Origin: Phoronis australis
Lineage: Eukaryota; Animalia; Phoronida
Assembly (NCBI GenBank): GCA_002633005.1
Contig: NMRA01000170.1
Coordinates: 436,318-500,317, forward strand
DNA length: 64,000 nt
Reading direction: 5' to 3'
Shown piece by piece: positions 1 through 12,400 of the stretch. Below the pieces are notes generated by a model, which did no database searches, was not told where the DNA came from, and saw nothing but the letters and a program-made list of their open reading frames with translations. A program made the translations under genes and the position numbers. Position 1 is the first letter of the stretch, and each line of letters begins with the position of its first letter.

Positions 1-2135
1 TTTCTTCAGTAACGCACAAGCGTTGGTTGCTGACATGTGAAAATAAAGTTCAGCAGGCACTAGCACTAGTCAAATCATATCTACATTTACGTAAACAACT
101 TCATCTTACAAGTTCCAGCTGTGGTGATTATGGCTAATAACTAACGTGACCCACAGGTCACTTGACCATATCCCTCGGGCATTTATAACTGAACGTGGCA
201 ATGCACACACATATAAGCTTATGATAACCGGTTGTGTAGTGAATCTTAACTGCCAAATAAAAAAATCTCCTGAAATTCAATTACACGCTTAGCATGACTT
301 CAGTACCTAGAGCAGACTACAATGCAAAATAGTGCTTCAAGCTTTTTCAATAGTAGAAATTTCATTCACAACAAACAACAGGTTCAACAAAACGTTTGTA
401 CGTGAAATGCTCTCAACAAATAGAATACCAGTTTGAAAATTTGCATCAATTGTACAGTTTGAGCATTTCAAGTCGGGAGGAGAGTGGCTCACACATTTTA
501 AATGTATAACCAAAAATCTCCAAGTTGCTCGTTTTAGGAAAGCACTGTATTAAAAAACTGCATTTACTGTCAAACTTATAAATAAATAGAAATCTGCTTT
601 TAATGAAAATGCTGCGGGTGAAGAAAAACTAGTACTTGGTTACAAATTTTGAAACAGGCAAAGTGGTTTAGCTGATTGGCAAAGAGACTTAAGTTTTCAA
701 ACTCTTTTATACATAGATTGTCATTACACCATTTTTAAAAATCTCAGAAAAATAACACCAACTTTAGGTAGACTTAAACAGCAGATAGTGATGTTACACA
801 ATGTAACTGAACAATTACACATGAGAAATTTACCACCTGGGAAAATGACGGCTAGATAAGGCCAAAGGGCCAAGTGACACTGCAAGATTGAACAAACGAC
901 TGCAATCATCCTCACACCAGATATACAATCAGTGAAAAACTGCTTTTTAATTTAAAATGAAGCTTATTTTCAGCACCATAGTATTTTTCTACAAAGGATT
1001 TACCTAAAGTGTAATAGCCCAAATTCAAAATTACCTGTAACAGAGTAAAAGAAAATGCAACCAAATGCTGACTGAAGTTGGTTAATTTTCTGAATGTTTT
1101 GAAGAAATTTCTACTGTATCAAATTTTTGTCTTCTGTTTCCATAGTTATGTCTGATGATGTCAAAGCAATTAACAAAATCTTATTATATTTCACAGCAGC
1201 AGGACACGACAGGACTGAGTGGCAAAAACTTCACAAATGACTTTTAACAGCAGTTTGGATTGTTTCGAGTTCCATTTTAGTCCGTACATTTTTTTCCAAC
1301 AACTGCATCTCTAAAGCAATGCGCATCCCCATAAGTCACCAATTCCAAGTTCGGGTGCTTCCTGCAGCTAGGAGGCCTCGGCACTTAGTCTATAGCTAGT
1401 ATAAACATTCATAGCTAATGCAGTAATCGGCACTTTGAAAATTGGCAGTTTGACATTTGCAACCTAGTCAAAATCTCAGGTCCCATGGTCCCATTTATGG
1501 AAATCAGGACGCACTTATGAGTTCCAGCTTGAGTAATATTGTGGAATAACAAAGGGTGGTCCTTGACCTTCATTATGCAAATGCCAAGAGAATCTGCACG
1601 CAAATGTACAGAAAGCGTTCATTGTTCACCCCAGAGTATCCAACGAATTCCTCGGGATATCAAAGGCTTGGATGGGCTGCCACAGATTGAACTGAGCCAG
1701 TCACTATTCATGAGCTTGGTTGATTGTGTATTGATGAAGATAATTACAGTCCTAAACAACCTGCACCTTGAGTACTAGTTCCAAAGTCAAAAACAAACAA
1801 TAAGTAAGGCAAACGACTAACATGTTTGTTTTTAAAATTGAAGAGTAAATACTAACCATCTTCAAATTTTTAAAATCCGATACATCGTAAGAAAAATTAG
1901 CGAATAGAATTTCTTCAGTAACATGGCTCAGCCACGAAGCATTAGTCTGTGAATCAATTAAAACACGTTAGTCATAATTTGGATGGAGCTTGAATGTATA
2001 GCAGAGGAATTGCCTCATGTTTGACTTTGTAACTTTAGTTATCCGCCAGGGCATTTTTAAAATGCTGTAGACTAAGTACGCAATAAGACCAGTAATTTAG
2101 TCAGCTTACATGGTCCAACCTCATAAATTGAGTTA

Positions 2136-2173
2136 GGCAATGACCATCACCAACAGAGGTGATGGTCATTGCC
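2136..2173. other. Perfect 16-bp-stem hairpin (second copy 3995-4032)
   Basis: GGCAATGACCATCACC-aacaga-GGTGATGGTCATTGCC. Confidence 0.85.
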
Positions 2174-2182
2174 CAAGATTAA

Positions 2183-3265
2183 AGGCGAAGGCAACCTTTT
2201 TTCATGTCATTTTTAGCACAAATTGGGTTCATTGATTATCCCCGATACATTTTTCACTTATTTACAGCTTTTCGTAATTTAATTAATTACTCATCGTCTA
2301 CTCCGGAAGTGATGTTTTGGGAGGCAAGAATTTCGCGCCAATTTCTTTTCATACAGTCTGACTGTGAGAGCAGTCGAGTCAGTCATTGTTCTACCTCGGT
2401 TGTGATAAGTTCGGTCGTCGTTTGCTTTTGTTTACGAGTCAGTCAACATGCCACGCTGTTGCTGCCTACCGAGATGTACTTATTATCGTCTCACGTACAG
2501 AGGAAGAACTGTCCCACTTGCCCGAGTGTCCTGTGACACACTCCCAGTGGATGGTGACTTGAGCACCCAAACTGCTTACATCCCGCCATGCAACTCCCTC
2601 GTCACACACGTGGCACCTTCTAAATAGCTCCAATACAAACTTAGGCTCACCGATCTGTTCACTGGATGACGAACTGTCCTTTTCACTGGGTGTCAAACTG
2701 GGCCTGTATTCACTCCCACTACTCAACATCGCTGCAGGGCTGCTTACAGGCTCTGGGTTAGAGACAACAGCACACGGGGAATCACTGCTAGATCCTGGAA
2801 TTGCACGCCATGTGTTACGTTCGGAGGCATGGGAGACAGTAGATGAAGTGCCTCCAGTCACTGTATATAGTGGCAACAGCTCACAAGGCTTCTCGCTTCA
2901 AAAACGCACTTCTCGGGGGTGGCGACGGGGCACTGCGGGGAATCAACAGCGACGGTATGGAACCCTTCTTCAGGCGTTGTTTCGCAGGGACCTTCATCAA
3001 TTCAGCGTACATATCTCAGTCGTAATCTGACGGCTGAAATGCATGCCACTGCTTTGTACGTTGTGTGAACAGGTAGCGCTGCGTTCTTCACACCAACGAG
3101 CTAGCCAAGTACGGCGAAGTGTGTCATCCTTCGGAAAGCGATGCAAGGTACCCAAAGCGCGTGTGAGACGATAATGAGTACATCCTGGTACGCAGCAACA
3201 GCGTGGCATGTTGACTGACTTGTAAACAAAAGCAAATGACGACCGAACTTATCAAATCCGAGGTA
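2183..3265 (-). mobile_element. First (truncated at n) copy of the Kolobok-like THAP foldback element
   Basis: TTAA|AGGCGAAGGCAACC start; THAP-like ORF 2997-3209(-) and CxxC...WECxxGHxxxW segment in ORF 2466-2876(-). Confidence 0.7.
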
Positions 3266-4041
3266 NGCTAGTATAAATTTTCATAGCTAATGCAGTAATC
3301 GGCACTATGAAAATTGGCAGTTTGACATTTGCAACCTAGTCAAAATCTCAGGTCCCATGGTCCCATTTATGGAAATCAGGATGCACTTATGAGTTCCAGC
3401 TTGCGTAATATTGTGGAATAACAAAGGGTGGTCCTTGACCTTCATTACGCAAATGCCAAGAGAATCTGCACGCAAATGGACAGAAAGCGTTCACTGTTCA
3501 CCCCAGAGTATCCAACGAATTCCTCGGGATATCAAAGGCTTGGATGGGCTGTCACAGATTGAACTGAGCCAGTCACTATTCATGAGCTTGGCTGAATGTG
3601 TATTGATGAAGATAATTACAGTCCTAAACAACCTGCACCTTGAGTACTAGTTCCAAAGTCAAAAACAAACAATAAGTAAGGCAAACGACTAACATGTTTG
3701 TTTTTAAAATTGAAGAGTAAATAATAACCATCTTCAAATTTTTAAAATCGATACATCGTAAGAAAAATTAGCGAATAGAATTTCTTCAGTAACATGGCTC
3801 AGCCAAGAAGCATTAGTCTGTGAATCAATTAAAACATGTTAGTCATAGTTTGGATGAAGCTCGAATGTTAGCAGAGGAATTGGCTTTGTAACTTTAGTTA
3901 CCTGCCAGGGCATTTTTAAAATGCTGTAGACTAAGTACGCCACAAGACCCGTAATTTAGTCAGCTTACATGGTCCAACCTCATAGATTGAGTTAGGCAAT
4001 GACCATCGCCAACAGAGGCGATGGTCATTGCCCAAGATTAA

Positions 4042-5333
4042 AGGCGAAGGCAACCTTTTTTCATGTCATTTTTAGCAAAAATAGGGTTCATTGATTATCC
4101 CAGACATATTTTTCACTTATTTACAGCTTTTCGTAATTTAATTAATTACTCGTCGTCTACTCCGGAAGTGACGTTTTGGGAGGCAAGAATTTTGCGCCAA
4201 TTTCTTTTCATACAGTCTGACTGTGAGAGCAGTCGAGTCAGTCATTGATCTACCTCGGTTGTGATAAGTTCGGTCGTCGTTTGCTTTTGTTTACGAGTCA
4301 GTCAACATGCCACGCTGTTGCTGCCTACCGAGATGTACTTATTATCGTCTCACGTACAGAGGAAGAACTGTCCCACTTGCCCGAGTGTCCTGCGACACAC
4401 TCCCAGTGGATGGTGACTTGAGCACCCAAACTGCTTACATCCCGCCGTGCGACTCCCTCGTCACACACGTGGCACCTTCTACATAGCTCCAATACAAGTC
4501 CACAATAAACTTATCAAACTTAGGCTCACCGATCTGTTCACTGGATGATGAACTGTCCTTTTCACTGGGTGTCAAACTGGACCTGTATTCACTCCCACTG
4601 CTCAACATCGCTGCAGGGCTGCTTACAGGCTCTGGGTTAGAGACAACAGCACACGGGGAATCACTGCTAGTTCTTGGAATTGCACGCTATGGGGTACGTT
4701 CGGAGGCATGGGTGACAGTAGATGAAGTGCCTCCAGTCACTGTATATAGTGGCAACAGCTCGCGAGGCTTCTCGCTTCAACAATGCACTTCTCGGGGGTG
4801 GCGACGGGCACTGCGGGGAATCAACAGCGACAGTATGGAACCCTTCTTCAGGCGTTGTTTCGCAGGGACCTTCATCAATTCAGCGTACATATCTCAGTCG
4901 TAATCTGACGGCTGAAAATGCATGCCACTGCTTTGTACGTTGCGTGAACAGGTAGCGCTGTGTTCTTCACACCAACAAGCTAGCCAAGTACGGCGAAGTG
5001 TGTCATCCTTCGGAAAGCGATGCAAGGCACTCAAAGCGCGTGTGAGACGATAATGAGTACATCCTGGTACGCAGCAACAGCGTGGCATGTTGACTGACTT
5101 GTAAACAAAAGCAAATGACGACCGAACTTATCAAATCCGAGGTAGAACAATGACTGACTTGACAGCTCTCACAGTCTGACTGTATGAAAAGAAATTGGCA
5201 CGAAATTCTTGCCTTCCAAAACGTCACTTTCGGAGTAGAGGACGAGAAATTAATTAAATTACGAAAACCTGTAATTAAGTGAAAAGTATGTCTGGTATAA
5301 TCAACGGACCTTGAAAAAAGGTTGCCTTCACCT
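4042..5333 (-). mobile_element. Non-autonomous Kolobok-like DNA transposon with ~290-bp TIRs and a degenerate THAP-domain transposase 5' fragment
   Basis: TTAA at 4038-4041 and 5334-5337; termini AGGCGAAGGCAACC...GGTTGCCTTCACCT; minus-strand MPRCCCVPGC..LHRFPKD..RRTW..HF (THAP signature) followed by an in-frame stop; TTAA target, purine-rich termini and N-terminal THAP fit Kolobok. Confidence 0.75.
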
Positions 5334-5687
5334 TTAAGTGAACTTACGTCCGAGTTGCAGTCTACCACTGAAATCTAAACATAACAATTTTGACATGGTG
5401 ATTAGTCAGTGACCATGTCTTCCACTAAAGACCGTGTCGCAGACTTTTTAACACGTGTGTGGATTTAGGGGTCACAGGGGGCCGCCTGCTACCCCAAAAC
5501 GAAAACAATGTTTTTGAAGTCATCGCTTTGTGATTTTTTCATAATAATAGATGGCGTCATTCGACAGATCTATCGATTTACACTGACTCACTTTCGCAAG
5601 TCTGTGTGCTACAGTAGTTGAAATTATTATGTTGGTTAACAGATAAAAGACGAGTAATAAATTTACTGAAGGAAGTTGAATCCTTAC

Positions 5688-5843
5688 AAAATTCACATCA
5701 GCAGCTGGTCCGGTGATATCTGCAATTCCGGTACCTATCAAGTAATTAGTTTGAGCAGCTAGCGAAACAGAACCCAGAGTCAAAGCGACAGCCACCACTA
5801 ACCCAACCGACATGACGGCTGTTTGGTAACTGAATGAACTCAT
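5688..5843 (-). CDS. ASAH2: Neutral ceramidase, first coding exon (signal peptide/anchor + YLIGTGIADITGPAADVNF); remainder lies left of the window
   Basis: Hydrophobic N-terminus followed by the neutral ceramidase N-terminal motif YxIGxGxADITGPxAxVN(M)MGY; GTAAGG donor directly after the NF codons. Confidence 0.88.
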
Positions 5844-6283
5844 GACCTCTCGTTTGCTCTTTGACCTAACGAGACTGAATAATAGGTCAAGTCTGTCGAA
5901 AGGGAGAGTTGTTGGCCGCGGTGTGGGAGATTCTCTCGATCATTCGGGGACATTTTGCTTTCCTACATTGCTTGACTGTGAGTCAGTTGATATTTAATTT
6001 CCGAAATAACGTACGAGTTGTATGTTTTTGGTTTTTGAAATCTCTGTTATTTCTGTGTGAATTTTCTGACGCTGGAACTGGGAGGAAGTCGAGCTGGCAC
6101 GTTGTCGTTGGTGTGCTGGCTGTATAATTTGATTATCGTTGCCCAACGTTCTACGGTTTATTCTGCACGTAGGCCAAGAATCGGGCTAAGCGTCTTGGTC
6201 ATAGTAATCATTTTACTTATGTCGAAATTTTGTTTCAGAGACACCTAGAAGACTCCACAGCGTTCAGCTGTCCACTGCTAAGA
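5844..6283. promoter_or_regulatory. Putative bidirectional promoter and P4HA 5' UTR; possible non-coding exon ending 5977 with intron 5978-6238
   Basis: Divergent ATGs at 5843(-) and 6284(+); GTGAGT at 5978 and TTTTGTTTCAG acceptor ending 6238. Confidence 0.5.
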
Positions 6284-6471
6284 ATGAAGAATCTCCATGG
6301 ACGTTTGTTTTTGTGCTGTGTGTGTTCCGTTTTGTTAGTAAACAATGTAAAGACAGAACTATTTACAGCGTTGATGGAACTAGAGAAAGTATTACGGGCT
6401 GAAGCTTTGATAGCTGACGACATTGAGAATTATATTGCTCTTGAACAGGACAGGCTAAATAAATTAAAAAG
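6284..6471 (+). CDS. P4HA: P4HA copy 1 coding exon 1 (signal peptide, ELFTALMELEK...)
   Basis: ATG 6284; donor AG|GTAAGT, phase 2. Confidence 0.92.
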
Positions 6472-9400
6472 GTAAGTTTTTTAATTGCAAACATGAAACT
6501 GTATATTTTGCTTCAGTTAACTTGTGTTACTTAATTTTTGATCATTCAATCAATGAAACCTTATTGTAATCAAGACCAGGGACCTTAAGCACAAATTATT
6601 TACACAACATCAATGCTTTAGGGGTTCACCATACTTGACAAAACACCATACCTTTTTGGACTTCTTTACTTATTGTTGGAACAGAGACTTGTTCCAACAC
6701 TTAACTCTCTCTGGTGGTAAGTCTCCGTTTAGACGTTCAAACACATAAACATAAAATATTCATCTTGTTCATCTCCAGCCCTAAAATCAAAAGTTGAATT
6801 TGGCTTGTTACCTCCAGGAGATCAGTATCATAATATTCCGCACTATGATAGGATTCTATTGCTGTGACAAACAAGAACACCAAAACTCAGCAACTTAAGA
6901 AAACATTTCACAGTTGATTACCGTTGGGCAAACGTAAAGTTACGAATTCAAAAATGGCACACACGCATTGCATGTACACTTGAGTTGGTAAGAGAAATAG
7001 CATCCTATATCTCCTTCAGAAATATGCAGCTGATTTTATAAGAGAATACGACCTGTTAATAATTTGATTATTTTTGTGTTTAGCTAGTTAAACTGGGTAA
7101 AATGCAACTTTAAGCTACAACATTTTTGTGAAACTGTCTCCAGAAGTTTGCATAGGCTTTGGGGTACTTATTTTTGACGGGGGTGTCAGCTGGAATAGCA
7201 GCTTACCATCTTGTCACAAACTGTAAGACGAAAAATTTGGTTTCCTTTACCGGCTCATCTTGTTATCCAACGAGATTGAGTTTTGATCGAGCCGGAAACA
7301 TTTTGTACGCCAATAAAGAGATCTACATCAAATGTTTGCAATTCCTCTCTATACAGACAAATTATATGGGATTGCCTTTCAAATTTGTCGCTGGGGTTGA
7401 AAGTGAAGTATGTACAGGATTGCACTGCTGTGCGTGAACTTGGAATTGAATATTCTTTAAGGCAAAAAGGTGAAATTTTTGTTCGGTGAAAAGAATTTTT
7501 GTAATTATTTGCCTCTAATTTGTGTCACTGAACCGGAGGAATATGTGAATGACTAAATCGATTGTTGTTTGGTGAAACTGGTCGCCCGTAGTTGAAAAGG
7601 TTGGTTAAATGATTGACATTACTTTATTCAAGTGTAACTTGATTTAGTGCAGTGCAAATTTTTATGGCCGTGAATGTGATTACGTTGTCAAGTTGCCTCG
7701 CGTATTCCAAGTTCACGCAACACTCACTACCACTTAATCTTGAGATTAAGCAGGATTCCCAGTTCACCTACAGCAGCACTACATCCAAAATGTGAATATG
7801 TAATCAGTTTATTCTCTGATCGCTCATGGTTAATGTTGACACAAGTGCTGCTGTTATTTAGTGTTTTTTGATAATTTCTCTAAATGTGCGTAATGTATTT
7901 TTGGTAAATTGCACCACGTACAGGGTTCTTGAGCTCATGAGGTGGTTTTCTGGACAATTCCTACTGTGTGCTGAGGTGGCAGTCTTGTGCTGTCTGTGAG
8001 GTGTAAGTATCAGGTTACATTGCCAACTCAGCAGTGCCACAGATATGTTCCACACAGACAACCTGGTTTCACATGTGTTTCTTCTATTTCTGAAACACTT
8101 TGTTTTGGTCTCCGTGATTTTTAGCATGTATTAGAAATCCAGAGTGTGTGTGTCACTTTGGGGCATTCACCATGGGTTCTACTTTTATGAAATGACCTTT
8201 ATTGTAGCAGTGGTTTTGGTAATTCTGGTATTTCCTCCATTTATGTAGGAGTATCGATAGCATAGGGTATTTCCTTTTCTGTGCAGTGTAAAAGCATGGA
8301 TTGATTAGGTGTTAGTTTGATGTTGTTGGTGGCATTACAGCTATTACGTACAAACTAATTTGATGTGTTAATAGTTCAAACGATGTTCATATGATACATA
8401 CGTTTATTATCAGATGACTTAGCAAGACCTAACTCAAGTGACATCTATTGTAGGCCACTTGCTTTAGGTCATCATGAATTTATGTTAGCCTTAATACGGT
8501 AATTAAAACTTTTAAGCACTTGTTAGGCACCCACATCAGAAAGGTAACTCTTACATTTGGTGTTCTTTATGCATTTGGTCCCAGCTTGAGGTGGCTGATT
8601 TCACGACAGGGAAGTTGGCTTGTTCACAAGTTATTTTATGTGCTGAGTATGCTCTCATCTAGTACCGAAAAAGAGAGGATTTCTCAGAGACCTGGTTTAA
8701 TAGGGCGAAGTGTCAACAGTAATCATAAGTTATAAATTTCTTAGATGGAAAATAGGATTATAGTGAGCAGTTTTAATTCCTACGGCATATCATTTTGATA
8801 TTCCTGTTCATTTGACCCAAACCATAGGTTGGCAAGTGCAAAAATTAAAAACATGATCAGAGTTCTGTTTTTAGGGGCTTGAAGTTGTGGTTGGTCCCAA
8901 AAATGTAATATCCATCCTAGAACTGCCTGTTGCTTCCCCTCATGGTACCTGGGTAAGAACTACCTATATTGCAAATTGTGATCATGATCTCATGATTCTT
9001 GGGATGTTGCGTTATTCTTGAAGAGTTTAGAGATGTTAACTGCTCAGTGTTGTAAGTAAATGGAGCACACAGTCCATGATCTTATTTTGGTTGTGTTGAA
9101 GACAGACCTCATTGTATTCCGAGGATATGTTCCCTCCACCCAGTTTCACTAACATAGGTGTGCCCTACTAAAAAGTCTTGATTGTGTTCAAAGACTGAGT
9201 CAAGCTATTACATAATCATATTTACAATGCACAGCTTGGCAGACCTGAGGGTTGGGGTTACATAATAAATCTGCTTTCATGCCTTTCTTGGTGATCCCTA
9301 TCAAGTGTAGATAGGGAAACAGTGTCCCAGGTATTGTTAGTGGGTGTGTTGAAAAATGGTCCCAAATCAGCTGAAGAATTAGAAGAGACAAAACATTACT

Positions 9401-12400
9401 ACGCAATACTTGTTCAATTGATTCTCGTTTCAATACGTCTTAAAACTGAAGTCATGCCAATTTACTGAAGTTGATCCTGATATCTATGTATATTTACCCA
9501 TGTGTGCTTGATAAGCACTGGGACCATATAAATTTTACCAATTCCAATACCAACATTGCCCAAAAAACTGAACCATGTTGACAGTGTGTATCTACTTAAC
9601 AACTGGAGAAGCCCTCTGACGGGCGTATTTTGGTATTTTAGATTGTTCTGCGGTTTAACCTGTTACACCTTGGAAACATCATATTCAGCTAATTATCTCA
9701 AAATTATTCAGCTTGCATAGTAAGGTTCATGTTAAGTCTCCACACCAAAAACTCCCAGATAGTCTACTAAGTTCAATTAAATTGAGTGGAGCAAATGTCC
9801 CAGTGAAAACAGCAGAAACTATGGTGAACATTCTCCGGTTTGGGACAGTGAATAAATTAATTATTCTTATACCAAATTTTAGAAATAGCCAATACAAACA
9901 ATAGGCAATATAAACAGTCTCAAATTCAAGAAATAAGTTCAACGACATGTGATCACTCTCCTTGATGTTACACTGGCCTGAAGTGTCACATCTGTGGCCA
10001 TTTTGAACGATTTTATCAATCCTGTTGATTCAAAGTGATGTGTCTGATATTTCAGAAATATGGTTTTGAATTCCAAAGTCAACCTAATTTCCCAATCTTC
10101 AGAATTAAGAAAATTCATTTTCGATATGAATTTGGATGAAACAAATTTTATACTGTCTACGTTGGAGAATTTATACCTGTCTACCACATTATTATGTGAT
10201 ATGTATGATGTTTGTAGTTGTTGTTGATATCACTTGGGCATTTGTGGTAGTAGTGTTTACTTATTATGTAGATATATTTGTTTTAAAAGAATGCGTAGAA
10301 AGAAATAAGCTCCCATATATTGAGATTCGATTAAGGTGAAGATTTCGTACTCCCGCAGTTAAAACATCACCGATTTAGGACACATTTTATTCGCTCATGT
10401 TTAAAAAAGCGTGCTACACCAAATTCATGAATGCATTTTACCTTGTTCAAATCCTGTGCCATGGCTGCAATTGGACAATATTTTGAAAAATTGTGAGCAC
10501 TCGCTACAATGATAGATGACTTTGAAAGATGAGTAAGGTACGTAATTTTGACTTGGATGTTTATCTGAAATTGGTGAGATTTTACCTAGGACCAATATGT
10601 ACATATTACTCCCAGGATTTTACTGTATCTTAGTTTATAGTTGAATTTGGCTTATACTTGTATATCCAGACACGGATTCCAACCGTTACTACTAACTTCA
10701 ATATCCCTGCCACCTGTTAGACTGTAAAAAACAGTTTATCACTTTTCCAAGTGGCCGATTAACCGCTGGCTTTCTCATGCCATACAAGTTTTCTGCTTAC
10801 ATACGAGATCATTAAGTCTGTTAAAATGCTTGATTTGTGTTGAGGGTCACCTTTAGGAGTTACACATTTTGGAAAATTGCAGTCCAGATAAATGGCTCTT
10901 GTTGACGCAAATAATATGAATCCTGTTCTTGAAAAAATCTGACACATATCGGAACAGCAAGAAGAAAAAAATTGATGATAACTAATTTAAACAGTCGTTT
11001 TTCCAATTTTCAGAAGCTTAACGTTTTGCAGAAAAAATTCCAGTTGCTGATGACAGCAGTGGAACATAATCATGATAGCAGTGAAAAAACGTCATGTTTA
11101 TTTTTGAAAATTACCATACATGGGAATTCTTTGTTTTGATTTGGCTACTACAAGGAATGAGGAGGTAATACACATTAGTTTGTGGTAAACAAGAAAAAGG
11201 GAGGTTAATTTTCTATCACACCTCATGGTTCCAATTAAGTTACTGTAAGAATAGTGAATTGTTCATACTAGATCTCAGAGCTTTTTTGGGCATGAAAAGG
11301 TAACCAATAGTTTTGGTGCCACAGTGCTCTATGGATATCCTGATGCTTGGAAATGGCCGTCTGGCAGGCTCGCTTATGTGGGTGTGGTCAGGGGAGCCAA
11401 GAAAATGACACTCAAAAATTGAGCTAGATCAACTTTTCTGGTAACCACTACAAACTGCCTTGGATATCTACTCCGTAATCCACTGTATCAAAATTGATCG
11501 CTGCCAGACAATTTCAGTGGTGGGGAATATCAGCCAGACGGTTATAAACAAGGTAAAAAATTGAGCCAGATCAATCCAAGAGGTAACCTCTTGAAACCAG
11601 TTCCAAAATATTCACCGTGAATCCAGGTATCACGAATGAACACTGCCAGACAAATCTAGTGGTGGGTTAGCCCCGCCAGACACGCCCAAATACCCGAGTT
11701 GAGCTAGATCAACCCACCAGGTAACCATTTGAAACCAACTGCACGATGTTCAGCATCACTATACATGGCACAACTGTTAGATGCCAGACAATTTCAGTGG
11801 TGGAGTGCCCCTGCTAGAGGATTTTCAAAAAGGTTTACCCAAGAGGTATCCGCTTAAAACCAGTTCCAAATTATTCACCGTAAGCTCAGGTATCATAAAT
11901 AAACACTGCCAGACTGTGGGTTAGCCCGCCAGACACGCCCAAATACCTGAATTGAGCTAGATCAACCCACGAGGAAACCAACTGCACGATGCTCAGCATC
12001 ACTGCACATCGCACAACAGTAAGGTGCCAGACAATTTCAGCGGCGGGTTGTCCCTGCCAGACGACTAAAGAAGGGCTAAAATTTGAGGTAAATCAACCCA
12101 AGAGGTAATCGCATGAAACCAGTTGCAAAATATTCCACGTAAGCTCTTGTATCATGAATAAACACTGCGAGACAAGTCTAGTTGTGGATAAGCCCCGCCA
12201 TGTGACAGGATCAAATATCTAAGTTTGACCAGATTTACCTGCAAGGTAACCGTTTGAAACCATTTGCATAATGTTGAGCAACATTCTACATGTAACAAAA
12301 GATACTTTACAGACATTTTTAGTGGTGGAGCAGTAGCATGCAGAGGTTTGGTCGATGTAGGGGCGACTTTTTTTAGATGCCCCTATCTCTCTACTCAAGT

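Larger units (their letters stand above)
1395..5144. repeat. Apparent tandem duplication 1395-3265 / 3267-5144 joined by a single n at 3266 (probable uncollapsed haplotypes)
   Basis: The two copies align end to end with scattered SNPs/indels; the junction is exactly the n base. Confidence 0.85.

Noticed and set aside
11046-11070. CTGATGA motif (also ~50824, ~34745, ~42820) as additional hammerheads
   Set aside because: No helix II followed by GAAA with pairing
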